A stretch of 64,000 nucleotides of DNA, from positions 1 through 64,000 of the IMG/VR virus record IMGVR_UViG_3300033149_002985; one strand, given 5' to 3'. Of this stretch, positions 48,458 through 58,320 are shown piece by piece. This DNA comes from a virus. Both the position numbers and the translations under genes were made by a program. The stretch's first letter is position 1. Every line of letters begins with the position of its first letter. The notes under the pieces are model-generated. The model searched no databases. It had not been told where the DNA came from and saw only the letters and a list, made by a program, of their open reading frames with translations.

Positions 48458-49735
48458 TTATCCTTTATTATAATTAGTTTGTTTGATTACTCGTTCCATT
48501 TCTCCAACCACCCATTTTTGTTCTTCCATTGTAAGAAATTTGTTATGAATAAGAGGAGTATACTCTCTTTTTTTAGCTTCTTCGCCTATTTTTTGGTAAA
48601 AATCTTTATTATATTGTCGAAAATTTTTACTAAGTATTTCACAATTAAAAGAATCAGGATCATTAAAGATCGGAGTTCCAGGAAGAGGAATAAAAGTACT
48701 AAGCGTAGCATAATCTATTGGGAAAACTTTTAATAAAGTTTCATTAATAAGAGGCGAATCTAGTCGTTCGCCAGGCACACCTGCCATAAAAAGACCTCTA
48801 ACCTTTAATCCTGCTCTTTGAGCATTAATACAACCCTTAAACATTTTTTCAACTGTTGTATTCTTATGTAAGAAATCCAATACTCTCTGATCTAAATTTT
48901 CAATACCAGGAGACATTTCTCTTGCTCCTGAATCATACATTGCGTTAGCAATTTCTTCTGTTACAGATTCGGCTCTAATACTACATCTCCAAAGTATTTT
49001 CAACGGTTTAACTTTCTTACAAAATTCTAAACATCTCTTAGAATTAGAAGTTAAATTATCATCGGCTAATCTAAATTGATTGATGTTATACTTCTTTTTA
49101 AGTAATTCCATTTCTTCTATAATACTATCAATGGAGCGATAGCGAACTTTCCGTGTCCACATAGCTTGAGAAGCACAGAAACTACAATTAAAAGGACATC
49201 CTCTGCTAGTTAAAAAATTGATACTATCTCCTTCTTTTTTATCAAAGAAAATTCCTTTACCTAATTTAGTTTCAACTAAATCATAGTTTATAAAAGGAAG
49301 AGAATCCAAATCTTTTACGTATTCTTTCATAAAATAAACAGGTTTTAATTGATTTTTTTCAACATCGTTTATCATTTCAAGAATTAAATTTTCCCCTTCT
49401 CCTACGCAAATAGCGTCAAATAGTTTGGTTTCGTTAACTTCTTTAAACATAGATGAAACATGAACTCCACCTATAAAAATCTTTGTCTTAGGAAAATGTT
49501 TCCTAATTAATTTAGCACAATCCTCGTTCATAGGATATTCCAAGGTAGTACCTCCCAAGCAAATAATGTCATAATCGGGATAATTTAACAATTCTTTTTT
49601 AAGCATGGGTCGAATAAATTTAACTTCATGTCCTGCGTTTTGGGCAATAGTGGCTACCATTAGTAGTCCCACAGGAATCTGTACGTGTTGGCGCACGAGA
49701 TATGGTGCTGGAGACTCTAGAAAAAGAATTCTCAT
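48458..49735 (-). CDS. cobalamin-binding radical SAM enzyme (class B)
   Basis: P.GLL.VA, IGGVH, GEGE B12 domain; TSRGCPFNCSFC; GVPGE; PLPGTP. Confidence 0.92.
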   Translation of the reverse strand: MRILFLESPAPYLVRQHVQIPVGLLMVATIAQNAGHEVKFIRPMLKKELLNYPDYDIICLGGTTLEYPMNEDCAKLIRKHFPKTKIFIGGVHVSSMFKEVNETKLFDAICVGEGENLILEMINDVEKNQLKPVYFMKEYVKDLDSLPFINYDLVETKLGKGIFFDKKEGDSINFLTSRGCPFNCSFCASQAMWTRKVRYRSIDSIIEEMELLKKKYNINQFRLADDNLTSNSKRCLEFCKKVKPLKILWRCSIRAESVTEEIANAMYDSGAREMSPGIENLDQRVLDFLHKNTTVEKMFKGCINAQRAGLKVRGLFMAGVPGERLDSPLINETLLKVFPIDYATLSTFIPLPGTPIFNDPDSFNCEILSKNFRQYNKDFYQKIGEEAKKREYTPLIHNKFLTMEEQKWVVGEMERVIKQTNYNKG

Positions 49736-50217
49736 GAAATATCTCCTTTTAACCAATTTAACCAATTTGCTTTATAATTTTTCTGAAAATGAACAATACC
49801 AAATTGAAAACCCATAGGTGGAAATTCTTTTGGAGTATTAATTAATAAAATTTCTTTAATATCAAAACCATGATTTTGCATATCTCGAACTCTTGCTTTT
49901 GTCCAAATATGATTAATTGTGATTAAAAAAACAATATTTTGTGAAATTTCAAAAGAATGAATTAAAAATTTTCGCATTTTGGAATAAGGTGGATTTGTAA
50001 TAATCCAATCAACTTTTTTATTATAATTAAAAAAATCTTTTCCTTCTTCTATTTCACACCAATCTGCTTTCATATATTTTAAAAAATTACCAGTTCCTTT
50101 ACATGGTTCAAGAATTTTACCAGAAGGTTTAAAATGTTCAACAATAGCTTTACACAAATAATCTGGAGTCATTATAACATCATTACTTGAATAATTTCTA
50201 TTTGGTTGATTTTTCAT
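49732..50217 (-). CDS. DNA N6-adenine methyltransferase (minimal, gamma-like)
   Basis: MTP, ILEPCKGTGNF, IITNPPYS. Confidence 0.85.
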   Translation of the reverse strand: MKNQPNRNYSSNDVIMTPDYLCKAIVEHFKPSGKILEPCKGTGNFLKYMKADWCEIEEGKDFFNYNKKVDWIITNPPYSKMRKFLIHSFEISQNIVFLITINHIWTKARVRDMQNHGFDIKEILLINTPKEFPPMGFQFGIVHFQKNYKANWLNWLKGDIS

Positions 50218-50377
50218 TTTTCCACCTTTTCTTTACATGGATCAACTTCTGCTAATAATTTACCATCTAATGCCCAATATTGAGTTATTCTTCTAGCAAC
50301 TCCACCATTATTTTGTTCTTGTTGACTTGCTCCACGAACTTCGATATCTGTTACTATAACCTGTATTAATTTCGCAC

Positions 50378-51154
50378 TCATGATTTCTCCTTTGGTTTGA
50401 AAGGACAAGCATCCCATAGAGGATTCAAATTTATTTCTGATTTATTATATTGTTTGAATTTTTGATCAATTAATAAAAAATTAGTTTCCTTATTTATTAT
50501 TAAAGGAATATCGTCTTTACGATTTACAGAAGTAAAATAATCTCGAAATTTAAATCCTTTACCTAGAACTTTTTCAGATAATCGAACCCAAATATTAGGA
50601 ATTCCGTATGCATCTGCTATTATTAACCCATGCAAAGCAGAACTCATAACTTGTTCACTTGCACAAATTTCATCTATAAATTGATAGAGATCTCCTGTAA
50701 TATCAATAAAATGAATATTTTTAAATCGTTTTTTAAGAATAGGAATTAATTCTCTATCTATATGGTGTGGAATAATAGATAAGGCATATTTTTTATCCAT
50801 CCTTGGCTTATAAAATCTTGACATTAATAATGCTGGATCACCATAAATTTTTGGACAGTCATAACCTCTTTTAATTAATTCTTCTCTAGTTAATTTACCC
50901 CTTACTGCACAAATTTTTTTAGGTTTTTCTTGAAACATTGTATTATCTGTTTCAGACATTTTACCAGTGCCCCAAATTATAGTATTTTTATCAGCCCATC
51001 CAATCACACTTCCAATTGCCATATAAATTGTTTCGTTTTCTGGATTCAGAAAACTATTATTAACAATAGTTGGAGCATGTCCAGTAATTAGACGAATTAA
51101 TTCGCTATTTAAAGTATCACCAAAATTTCTTAATTTACAAGCTCTAAGTAACAT
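50378..51154 (-). CDS. polysaccharide pyruvyltransferase (ExoV-like)
   Basis: NFGD, IGS, WGTG, AVRG.LT, GDPALL, IPH, SSALHGLIIADAYGIP, FKF.DY. Confidence 0.9.
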   Translation of the reverse strand: MLLRACKLRNFGDTLNSELIRLITGHAPTIVNNSFLNPENETIYMAIGSVIGWADKNTIIWGTGKMSETDNTMFQEKPKKICAVRGKLTREELIKRGYDCPKIYGDPALLMSRFYKPRMDKKYALSIIPHHIDRELIPILKKRFKNIHFIDITGDLYQFIDEICASEQVMSSALHGLIIADAYGIPNIWVRLSEKVLGKGFKFRDYFTSVNRKDDIPLIINKETNFLLIDQKFKQYNKSEINLNPLWDACPFKPKEKS

Positions 51155-51170
51155 TTTTTAAAATCCTCTA

Positions 51171-51656
51171 TTATTTTTGTGCGTATTTTCTTAAATCCAC
51201 AAATTTAATTTTTCTTTGTTTACTTTTGGGTTTAAAAATAATAATAGCAGAAGCAAATGGAGCAGTTGTTTTTTTACCTCCAAACTTTACTTTGCCTCTC
51301 ATAAACCAGATTTCATCTGCATTATTGCAAATAATATCATGCCAATAGGTTCTATCTGTAGCGGAAACAATTAAAAATACTACAGTAGCATTATTATTTT
51401 CTGATTCTGCATATCCTTTTTCTAACCATTCTCTAGTATGTCCACCATAGGGAGGATTAACGAAAACAATCTCATCTTTCCAAGATTTAATTAATCCATT
51501 ATCTTTTATAGTATAATGTTTTTTACATTTTGTATTTTCATGAGTACAACAAGGATCAAGGGTAAAATTAAATATAGAATCTAAATAATTAAATAAATTT
51601 AAAGGAGTAGCCCATTCGTTACTTTTAGATGAAACCATCGCCTTTTGTAATGACAT
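51171..51656 (-). CDS. phage Dam-like N6-adenine methyltransferase
   Basis: EWATP, FTLDPC, VFVNPPYG, TD..YWH, APF.SAI. Confidence 0.9.
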   Translation of the reverse strand: MSLQKAMVSSKSNEWATPLNLFNYLDSIFNFTLDPCCTHENTKCKKHYTIKDNGLIKSWKDEIVFVNPPYGGHTREWLEKGYAESENNNATVVFLIVSATDRTYWHDIICNNADEIWFMRGKVKFGGKKTTAPFASAIIIFKPKSKQRKIKFVDLRKYAQK

Positions 51657-51668
51657 AATTATACTCCT

Positions 51669-52268
51669 TTATTTAGCATTAGCTTTTATTCTCCAAAAAT
51701 AATAACCTTTTCCTTTTTCCTTTTTAATACTTATAATATGATATTGTTTAAATAATTCTTTAATTTCTTTAGGGGAATATTCTATCAAAGGTTCGGGTTT
51801 TTTACAATACCTTTTTTGAGTTCCTATCCTAAATAAAATATCAATTTCCCCCTCAGGGGTTAAAACTCTTCTAAAAAAATCTAAATATTGTTTACAAAGT
51901 TTAGGAGAAATATGTTGAAAAACATGCCTAGCATAAACAAAATCTATAGGTAATAATATTTTCTTTTCATAATGTTCTGCAAGAACTAATTTAACCTTAT
52001 ATATATCTCCGTGCATTTTGATAAAATCAAAAGCTTCATTTAATATCTTAGATGACACTTCAATCCCATAAACTTTTTTAGCGTATTTAGAAAAATAATA
52101 TGTTTCCCTGCCATACCCACAGCCAATATCAACAATAACTTTATCCTTAATCTTTTCAATAATTTCTGAATCTTCAAGTGCTAATTGAAAATTTTTATAT
52201 TGTTTATGATTGGCAAAATAATCATTTTGCTGAAGTTTTTTCCAAACACGTAAGTTGTGGTCGATCAT
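51669..52268 (-). CDS. class I SAM-dependent methyltransferase (small-molecule/sugar type)
   Basis: VDIGCGYGR, VFQHI, VLTPEG. Confidence 0.88.
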   Translation of the reverse strand: MIDHNLRVWKKLQQNDYFANHKQYKNFQLALEDSEIIEKIKDKVIVDIGCGYGRETYYFSKYAKKVYGIEVSSKILNEAFDFIKMHGDIYKVKLVLAEHYEKKILLPIDFVYARHVFQHISPKLCKQYLDFFRRVLTPEGEIDILFRIGTQKRYCKKPEPLIEYSPKEIKELFKQYHIISIKKEKGKGYYFWRIKANAK

Positions 52269-52428
52269 TTATTTCCTTTTTCTTAAATCGTATTTGCTCT
52301 CAATTAAAGATAACAAATCTCCTCTAGCATCTTCCATCTCTCCGTTTAACATATCAGCAAAATAGTCAAGATAATATTCTGACCAACATGATAAAATATC
52401 TTCTTTGGTTATTTTATAATCACTATTT

Positions 52429-53100
52429 CTATCCATTATACTCTCTTTTATATTTTTCTATGACTTCTTTATATGATAAATGTTCAATATCTTTTAAATT
52501 GTATTTTCCGCCCCATTCTTTATCTATTTTTCTCTTCCAAGAACCAATTCTATTACTATGGAAATCAATACTATATAAAACTTTATTAACATCAGTTGTA
52601 GGATAAACTTTCTCCATTACTTCTCGCCATTTTGCGTCTTCTGCACCAAAATTCATATTTTCTGGAAAACGAATAGTTTTATTTACTGGAAAGAGCAAGG
52701 TAGCAAAACCCCTAGTTGTACCAGGTTTCTTAGTTTTTAAATTTTCCCATGTACAATAAACCATTTTATCTTCTGTCATTTCTTTTAATTGTAGTTCAAT
52801 TCTTTCAGGATGAGAAACGTCGTCAGAATCCATCCACATAGCGTATTTTGTATTGCATAAATCTAATAAACGATTCCTAGCATGACCTACACCCCAATTT
52901 TCATCCCAATAATAATATTTAATTCTATTATCTTGTTGACTTAACTTTTCAACAATTTGTTTAGTATTATCTGTTGATCCGTCATCATAAATAATCAATT
53001 CAAAATTTGTATATGTTTGATTGAGAATACTTTGAATAGATCGCTCTATAAAATCTTCTCTATTATAAACTGGCATTAATACACTTATTTTTTCATTCAT
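52429..53100 (-). CDS. GT2 glycosyltransferase
   Basis: ISVLMPVYN, DDGSTD, ARN, MDSDD, AED. Confidence 0.93.
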   Translation of the reverse strand: MNEKISVLMPVYNREDFIERSIQSILNQTYTNFELIIYDDGSTDNTKQIVEKLSQQDNRIKYYYWDENWGVGHARNRLLDLCNTKYAMWMDSDDVSHPERIELQLKEMTEDKMVYCTWENLKTKKPGTTRGFATLLFPVNKTIRFPENMNFGAEDAKWREVMEKVYPTTDVNKVLYSIDFHSNRIGSWKRKIDKEWGGKYNLKDIEHLSYKEVIEKYKREYNG

Positions 53101-53344
53101 AATAAACTCCTTTAAATTTATTCCCTTTTAAATAATTACGAACTTGTGTAGCTTTAATTAAAATCTCTTCATATTGACATCTAATACAAGAATTACACTC
53201 ATCTATACAATCACCATGATGCTCATTTTGCGATTCTTTAATAAATTGAGCCCATGTTCTTAATGTTTCACATCTATCAGGTTTTTTATCCATATAAATA
53301 CAATAAACTAAATAAGTAATATCTCTTAATAATAATTTTTTCAT
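53093..53344 (-). CDS. hypothetical protein
   Basis: HHGDC..C.RC. Confidence 0.55.
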   Translation of the reverse strand: MKKLLLRDITYLVYCIYMDKKPDRCETLRTWAQFIKESQNEHHGDCIDECNSCIRCQYEEILIKATQVRNYLKGNKFKGVYYE

Positions 53345-53931
53345 ATTAATTTATCCTCTCTTGGTATCCCTTCATAAACAATCTCGAATTTTTCAGGATG
53401 TGCAATAACATATTTATATAAAGACCAAGTTGTGAGTTCACTATGAGTTTTTGCACCAAAGGTTTCGCTAAGTGATTTTTTTGCCCAGTATGCAATACGA
53501 TTAATACATATATCTTGATTAGGTAATTGCATGTATCTAGCAAATAATTTTATCCCTGTCAACCAAGTTAAGAGATTTCCAAAACAATTAAGAATATCGT
53601 ATCCTTCATCTAAATCTTCCATTGTTATTTTACATAAATAACTTCTTTCAATGCTACTCATTCCTTTTATTCTAAAAATAAAAAGATTATTATTGGTATT
53701 CAAAAGTTTTGTTGAAGAATTAATTTGCACTTTACTTTGTTGTTCAATAATAGAATCTTTATTTAAAAACATTAAAGCATGATAGTGCAGAGGTTTTTCC
53801 AATTTTCCAACTATCATTCTAAAAAAATCATGCCAAATTGTCGGGCTTCGCATTAAATATTTAACAAATTTAGGACAAATTTTTTTACTATCTACTAATG
53901 CGAAATCGCCTGGTAAAATATTAATTTTCAT
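53341..53931 (-). CDS. permuted papain-like NlpC/P60 (YaeF/YiiX-like) enzyme
   Basis: LPGD...HYHA...GYD...DIC with His before Cys; GGAGG RBS before ATG 53931. Confidence 0.6.
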   Translation of the reverse strand: MKINILPGDFALVDSKKICPKFVKYLMRSPTIWHDFFRMIVGKLEKPLHYHALMFLNKDSIIEQQSKVQINSSTKLLNTNNNLFIFRIKGMSSIERSYLCKITMEDLDEGYDILNCFGNLLTWLTGIKLFARYMQLPNQDICINRIAYWAKKSLSETFGAKTHSELTTWSLYKYVIAHPEKFEIVYEGIPREDKLI

Positions 53932-54403
53932 TTTTATACCTCCAAATAAAATTACCTGCGTTTGGTTTATTACTTTTACAACATTGACATATATTAGAAT
54001 GATTAATTTTAAGGGTTTTACTTGCAAATATAAGACTTTCCCATTCATTAATAAATTTCCCATTTAAATCATATTGTAAAATTGGTATACTGGAAACTCT
54101 TTTATTTCTTTCTGCACTATTTAATCTTTTTTCAATATATCTGCAATTTTTAAAAGTATAATTATTATCATTTTTTATTCTATCAATAGTGGGTTGTTTC
54201 ATTTCGTAAGCTTTATCAAAATACCATAACTCCCTTAATTGATTTTCTGTTATTAGACATTTAATCCCTCTACCTCCATAATCTTTATAGGACTTATTAT
54301 TGGGATTGGTACATCGTTGTTTAATAACAACTAATGTTTTTCGCCAAGGAAATCTCTTGTAATAATTTAAAATATCTTTATTTATTTTATCTTGATTTTT
54401 CAT
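53921..54403 (-). mobile_element. HNH-type homing endonuclease with NUMOD1 (paralog of 41562-42212)
   Basis: RCTNPN..YKDYGGRGI...TIDRI...NCRY; ILQYDLNG.FINEWES. Confidence 0.82.
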
Positions 54404-54405
54404 AA

Positions 54406-54921
54406 TTAAATCAGCATTAATAAATAACCAGTAAATATAAATCCATAGTTTATTAAATCACTAACTAATAAATTATTTCCAAATACTTTAATTTCTCCCC
54501 ATCCTCGATAACTAAATATTGTTTGTCCTATAATTATGAACAAGCATCCTATAATATAGAACAGCCAATTTGCTTTTAAAATAGGACATACTAAACCTAT
54601 TAAACACATTCCTAATCCAATTGTACCACGCACAAAAATATCAGTTAAACGATGGTTCTGATTTAAAATCTTATACCAAAATCTTCCAAGAGTAGAACCT
54701 GCATCTGTCGCATCAGGAATACCATATCCCATGCTGACCCATATCCCAAATGTACCTAAAAGAATACCTAACCATGATTGTAAAGAGATAACTCCTATTG
54801 TTGCTAAAATAATGGGTAATATTACTCTTCTCCATTCTTTAACTCCTTGACCTCCTAAAGCTCCTAAATAGGCTCCGATAAGGGGCAATAGATATTTTAA
54901 TTGTTTAAAAAATTTGAACAT
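54406..54921 (-). CDS. multi-pass membrane protein
   Basis: About five hydrophobic Gly-rich segments, GGAG RBS. Confidence 0.65.
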   Translation of the reverse strand: MFKFFKQLKYLLPLIGAYLGALGGQGVKEWRRVILPIILATIGVISLQSWLGILLGTFGIWVSMGYGIPDATDAGSTLGRFWYKILNQNHRLTDIFVRGTIGLGMCLIGLVCPILKANWLFYIIGCLFIIIGQTIFSYRGWGEIKVFGNNLLVSDLINYGFIFTGYLLMLI

Positions 54922-55236
54922 TCGTTTATCTCCTCTAATTCATTTTCTGTTATTGAAATACAAACCTCGTTGTCTGGACTTAAATAAGGATTATAACCTT
55001 GTCTACAAAGCGAAACAATTAATTGATCTGCATAATCTTCATTTAGAATTTCTATTTTAAATTCATATTTTTTCATTTATGAGTCTCCCAATCAAATTTT
55101 AAAATATCTTTCTTTTTTGGTGGTTTATCAAATCTAATAGTATTATCCCCTGTATATTCCCAGGGATTTAAAAAATCAGGAACTCTAATAGTAAATGTCC
55201 ATTTAAAAATTTTTATAATTCTATACATTTCTACTT

Positions 55237-55899
55237 TCATTTTAAAATTTCCTCTATATCTTTGTATTCAATAAATTTATTTAATCGACTTGTTTTTGAA
55301 CAACTAATAATTTTAATATCTGGGCGTTCTTTATTAAGTTTTTTTAAGACTTCTGCAAAATGAGGGTAATAATTACTCAAATTTTTATTGAATTTTTCAA
55401 CACTACGTCCATATCCTCCATGATAATGAGTTTCTTCTGTTGAACACATATCCATCCCAAGCAGGTAGATCTTTTTGAATTTTTTAATAATGGTATACTG
55501 GAATGCACAGAAGCCACTATTATAACCACTGTGGAAGTTATCGAAATTATATCCTACGTCTTTTGCTGAACGGCAAATAATAATCTGGTTAAAATCTGTC
55601 AGATTGTACGTTAAATTATAACGAGTATCAGTAATTTTTCCATTTTTAAGTTGCATAAAGGAAGCAATGAGATTCACGACAAATATCTTCTTGGACGGCG
55701 TTAGCTTCCAGCGATTGTAAAGGTTATACTTTTTCAAATAATTCAAAAAAGTGATATCCGTCGTAATAAAAAAGTTTGCGTTCGGGACATCCAAAAATGA
55801 TTTATTACTAACTATAGTAATTTTGTCTTTCAATTTGTTAAAATCGAATTCTTTTAAACTCGACCCCCCTGCCACAATAAATATAGAATTGTTATTCAT
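55237..55899 (-). CDS. second MptE/DUF115-like transferase
   Basis: IVAGGSSL, NSG..A, IYLLGMD, HYHGGY, ISCS..SRL. Confidence 0.72.
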   Translation of the reverse strand: MNNNSIFIVAGGSSLKEFDFNKLKDKITIVSNKSFLDVPNANFFITTDITFLNYLKKYNLYNRWKLTPSKKIFVVNLIASFMQLKNGKITDTRYNLTYNLTDFNQIIICRSAKDVGYNFDNFHSGYNSGFCAFQYTIIKKFKKIYLLGMDMCSTEETHYHGGYGRSVEKFNKNLSNYYPHFAEVLKKLNKERPDIKIISCSKTSRLNKFIEYKDIEEILK

Positions 55900-56605
55900 A
55901 TTTGTCCGATTTTCTTAAATTATCTTCAGCCCACATCGGTTGAAGATTAGTATAATTAAAACATTTTAATTGCTCTTCTGGCTTGCTTAAATCAAACAAG
56001 ACACATGGTTTAATATGGTCTATAACCCACTCTTTTTTACCATTCCAACCTCCACCATAATTATCCCAATTCATACCTTCTACAAATTGTTCTTCTAAAT
56101 GTTGTTTTAATTGTTCTATAGAACAACCTAATAGCTCGATTGTTCTTTTACTTTTTGAGTTTATTTTCAACGCCTGTCCGATGCGCCTTCTTAAATTGTT
56201 TGTAATTCTAAAATTAATATCTGTTTTTCTTCTATTTCTTTGATACTTACTTGTTTGTTTATTAATTTTTTCTTTGTTTTTATCTTGGTATTCTTTATTG
56301 TATTTCGCAAACCTTTCTCTATTTTTTCCTTGATAGTCTTTTTGATATTTTGCAACTTTTGCTTTATTTTTATCTCTATACTCTTTTGCGTATTTTAATG
56401 ATTTCTTTTTGTTTTCTGGCTTGGCAAGGTATTTTTTATTTCGTTTAGCGATTTTATCCTTATTATTGTCGTTGTATTTTTTTACACATTCTTTACATTC
56501 AGGTCGTAATCCGTCTTTCATGCTTTTATTCTTACTAAATGCACTCAGAGGTTTTACGGGTTGTTTACAGTTTTTGTTATTACAAATTTTAGTTTCTTTA
56601 TCCAT
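55892..56605 (-). mobile_element. HNH homing endonuclease with KY-rich helical repeats
   Basis: N-terminal zinc finger; WVIDHIKP...CFNYTNLQPMWAEDNLRK. Confidence 0.85.
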
Positions 56606-57003
56606 TACAAATCCAGTAAGCCTTTTATTTTTAAAATATCAATAGTATATTCTTTTCCATCGATTATTTTACCACCTAAACTTTTTCTATTAATATCATT
56701 GGGATCGATTTTTCCTTCTTCAACATAAGCCATTTCAATCATTACTGTATCTGTGTCAGCAACAAAACGATGTTTGGTTGGACATCTGACTACCCAACTT
56801 TCATTTTCCATTAATGATGCGCTTCCAAATTCTGTTTCAATTCTGACGTTTCCTGAAATAACAATAAATTTATTAATTTTATTTTTATGTGTATGGGTTG
56901 AACAAAATGTGTTAGCTTTTAAATATAGCAAATCAACTTCATTTTTATCATCTAAATGTATTCTTCTTCGTGTTCCCCAAATCTTATTTATATTTTCGCT
57001 CAT
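56605..57003 (-). CDS. cupin protein (sugar isomerase-like)
   Basis: KIWG, CSTHTHKNK...F.VISG...HRF...E; AAGGAG RBS before ATG 57003. Confidence 0.78.
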   Translation of the reverse strand: MSENINKIWGTRRRIHLDDKNEVDLLYLKANTFCSTHTHKNKINKFIVISGNVRIETEFGSASLMENESWVVRCPTKHRFVADTDTVMIEMAYVEEGKIDPNDINRKSLGGKIIDGKEYTIDILKIKGLLDL

Positions 57004-57137
57004 TATTCTCCTTTTTGGAATGATATTTTGGATTACACCAAATACAACCATTTTTTGTAAAAAATTTATCACTAGGTAATATTCTAAAACAAGTCTTACA
57101 TTCTAATTCATTTTCAAACCAAGGGCGTGTAAAAATA

Positions 57138-57824
57138 TCATTTTTCATAATACAAAGTATTAACTCCCTTTATTTTTTCTAATTTTAAAGTTTGTATTTG
57201 TCCATTTCTTATCCATTGCGAAATTGAGCATATTGCATTCTTATCTGTTCTATAATGATGATTGATTTTAATAATGGCATCTTTTAATTTAATACCAGGT
57301 TCTTGTTTCACTAATTCTTCTAATTGTCTCAAAGTGTTTTTATAAGGTGTATATCTTTCTCCATAAGAATTTCCAGCTTTTGCAAAATTTTTTTGATGTT
57401 CATTTAATCTATCCTTTAAAATTTCTAATGGATCATTACATTCTTTAGGTGAAGTACGCTCCTTAATTATAAATTCTTCTTTATAATTATGTTTTCTAAC
57501 AGTAAGAACCCCTATCCCTAATAAACTTGCAATTCGTTCTCTAAAAAGATTGGTATATTTACAAGGAATGCCAATAGACACATAATGTGCATAATCTATC
57601 CAACCATCAGCTTGAGCTAAAACTTTAAATCCAAAATTTAATTTTGTTTCTATTACCCAAATTTTATCATTTTTAACAGCAACTATATCTGCTATACTAT
57701 CATAAGACCTTATTTGTACTTCTTGATAAACTTCCCATCCTTTGGATTTTAACCAAGTTACAATCTGTTCTGCTAATTGCTCTTCATTACTAAATTTAAA
57801 AGATATCAAAATTTTCCTCCACAT
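57138..57824 (-). CDS. PD-(D/E)xK nuclease-like protein
   Basis: VYQEV...ADIVA...IETK. Confidence 0.7.
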   Translation of the reverse strand: MWRKILISFKFSNEEQLAEQIVTWLKSKGWEVYQEVQIRSYDSIADIVAVKNDKIWVIETKLNFGFKVLAQADGWIDYAHYVSIGIPCKYTNLFRERIASLLGIGVLTVRKHNYKEEFIIKERTSPKECNDPLEILKDRLNEHQKNFAKAGNSYGERYTPYKNTLRQLEELVKQEPGIKLKDAIIKINHHYRTDKNAICSISQWIRNGQIQTLKLEKIKGVNTLYYEK

Positions 57825-58056
57825 TTAATTCCTATATATTGTCCATTGATATCAAATTCAGGATAACATTTTATTATATCACATCCACTTAATAATAATC
57901 CTGTAATTATTCCAATAATAATTAAAAATCCTATAGTTTTCCACATATCAGTTTCATTCATATACATATTATTTTTCCTCTTTATTTAAATCAATAATCT
58001 TTTACATTTAGAAAATTCTTTACATGTTGATTTTCTTAAACAAGTATCGTATTTAT

Positions 58057-58320
58057 TCATACTTTCTTTTTTATCTGAATACTTTTTTTCCATTTTTTAA
58101 AATCTTTTTGATTAAAATTTGCCATCAAACATTCTTTACCTTCTAACTCTCTTGCCCAACTCAAAATTGTTTCTAGAACACTTATTGCATATCTCCTTTC
58201 AATTTCATCAAGTAAACGCATTCTCTCAGTATCTTCCATATTAGGACATGTTCTGTGCATTTCTAATTCTTCTTCAATTATTTTAACAAACCTTTTATAA
58301 ATTTTTCTATAATTTAACAT
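58057..58320 (-). CDS. hypothetical protein
   Basis: Coupled ORF. Confidence 0.55.
   Translation of the reverse strand: MLNYRKIYKRFVKIIEEELEMHRTCPNMEDTERMRLLDEIERRYAISVLETILSWARELEGKECLMANFNQKDFKKWKKSIQIKKKV

Noticed and set aside
53932-54063. N-terminal extension of ORF 53341-54063, and similar extensions at 1589, 6246, 12066, 12688, 23688, 49765, 57072
   Set aside because: They overlap upstream genes or signals; downstream ATGs with better context were chosen
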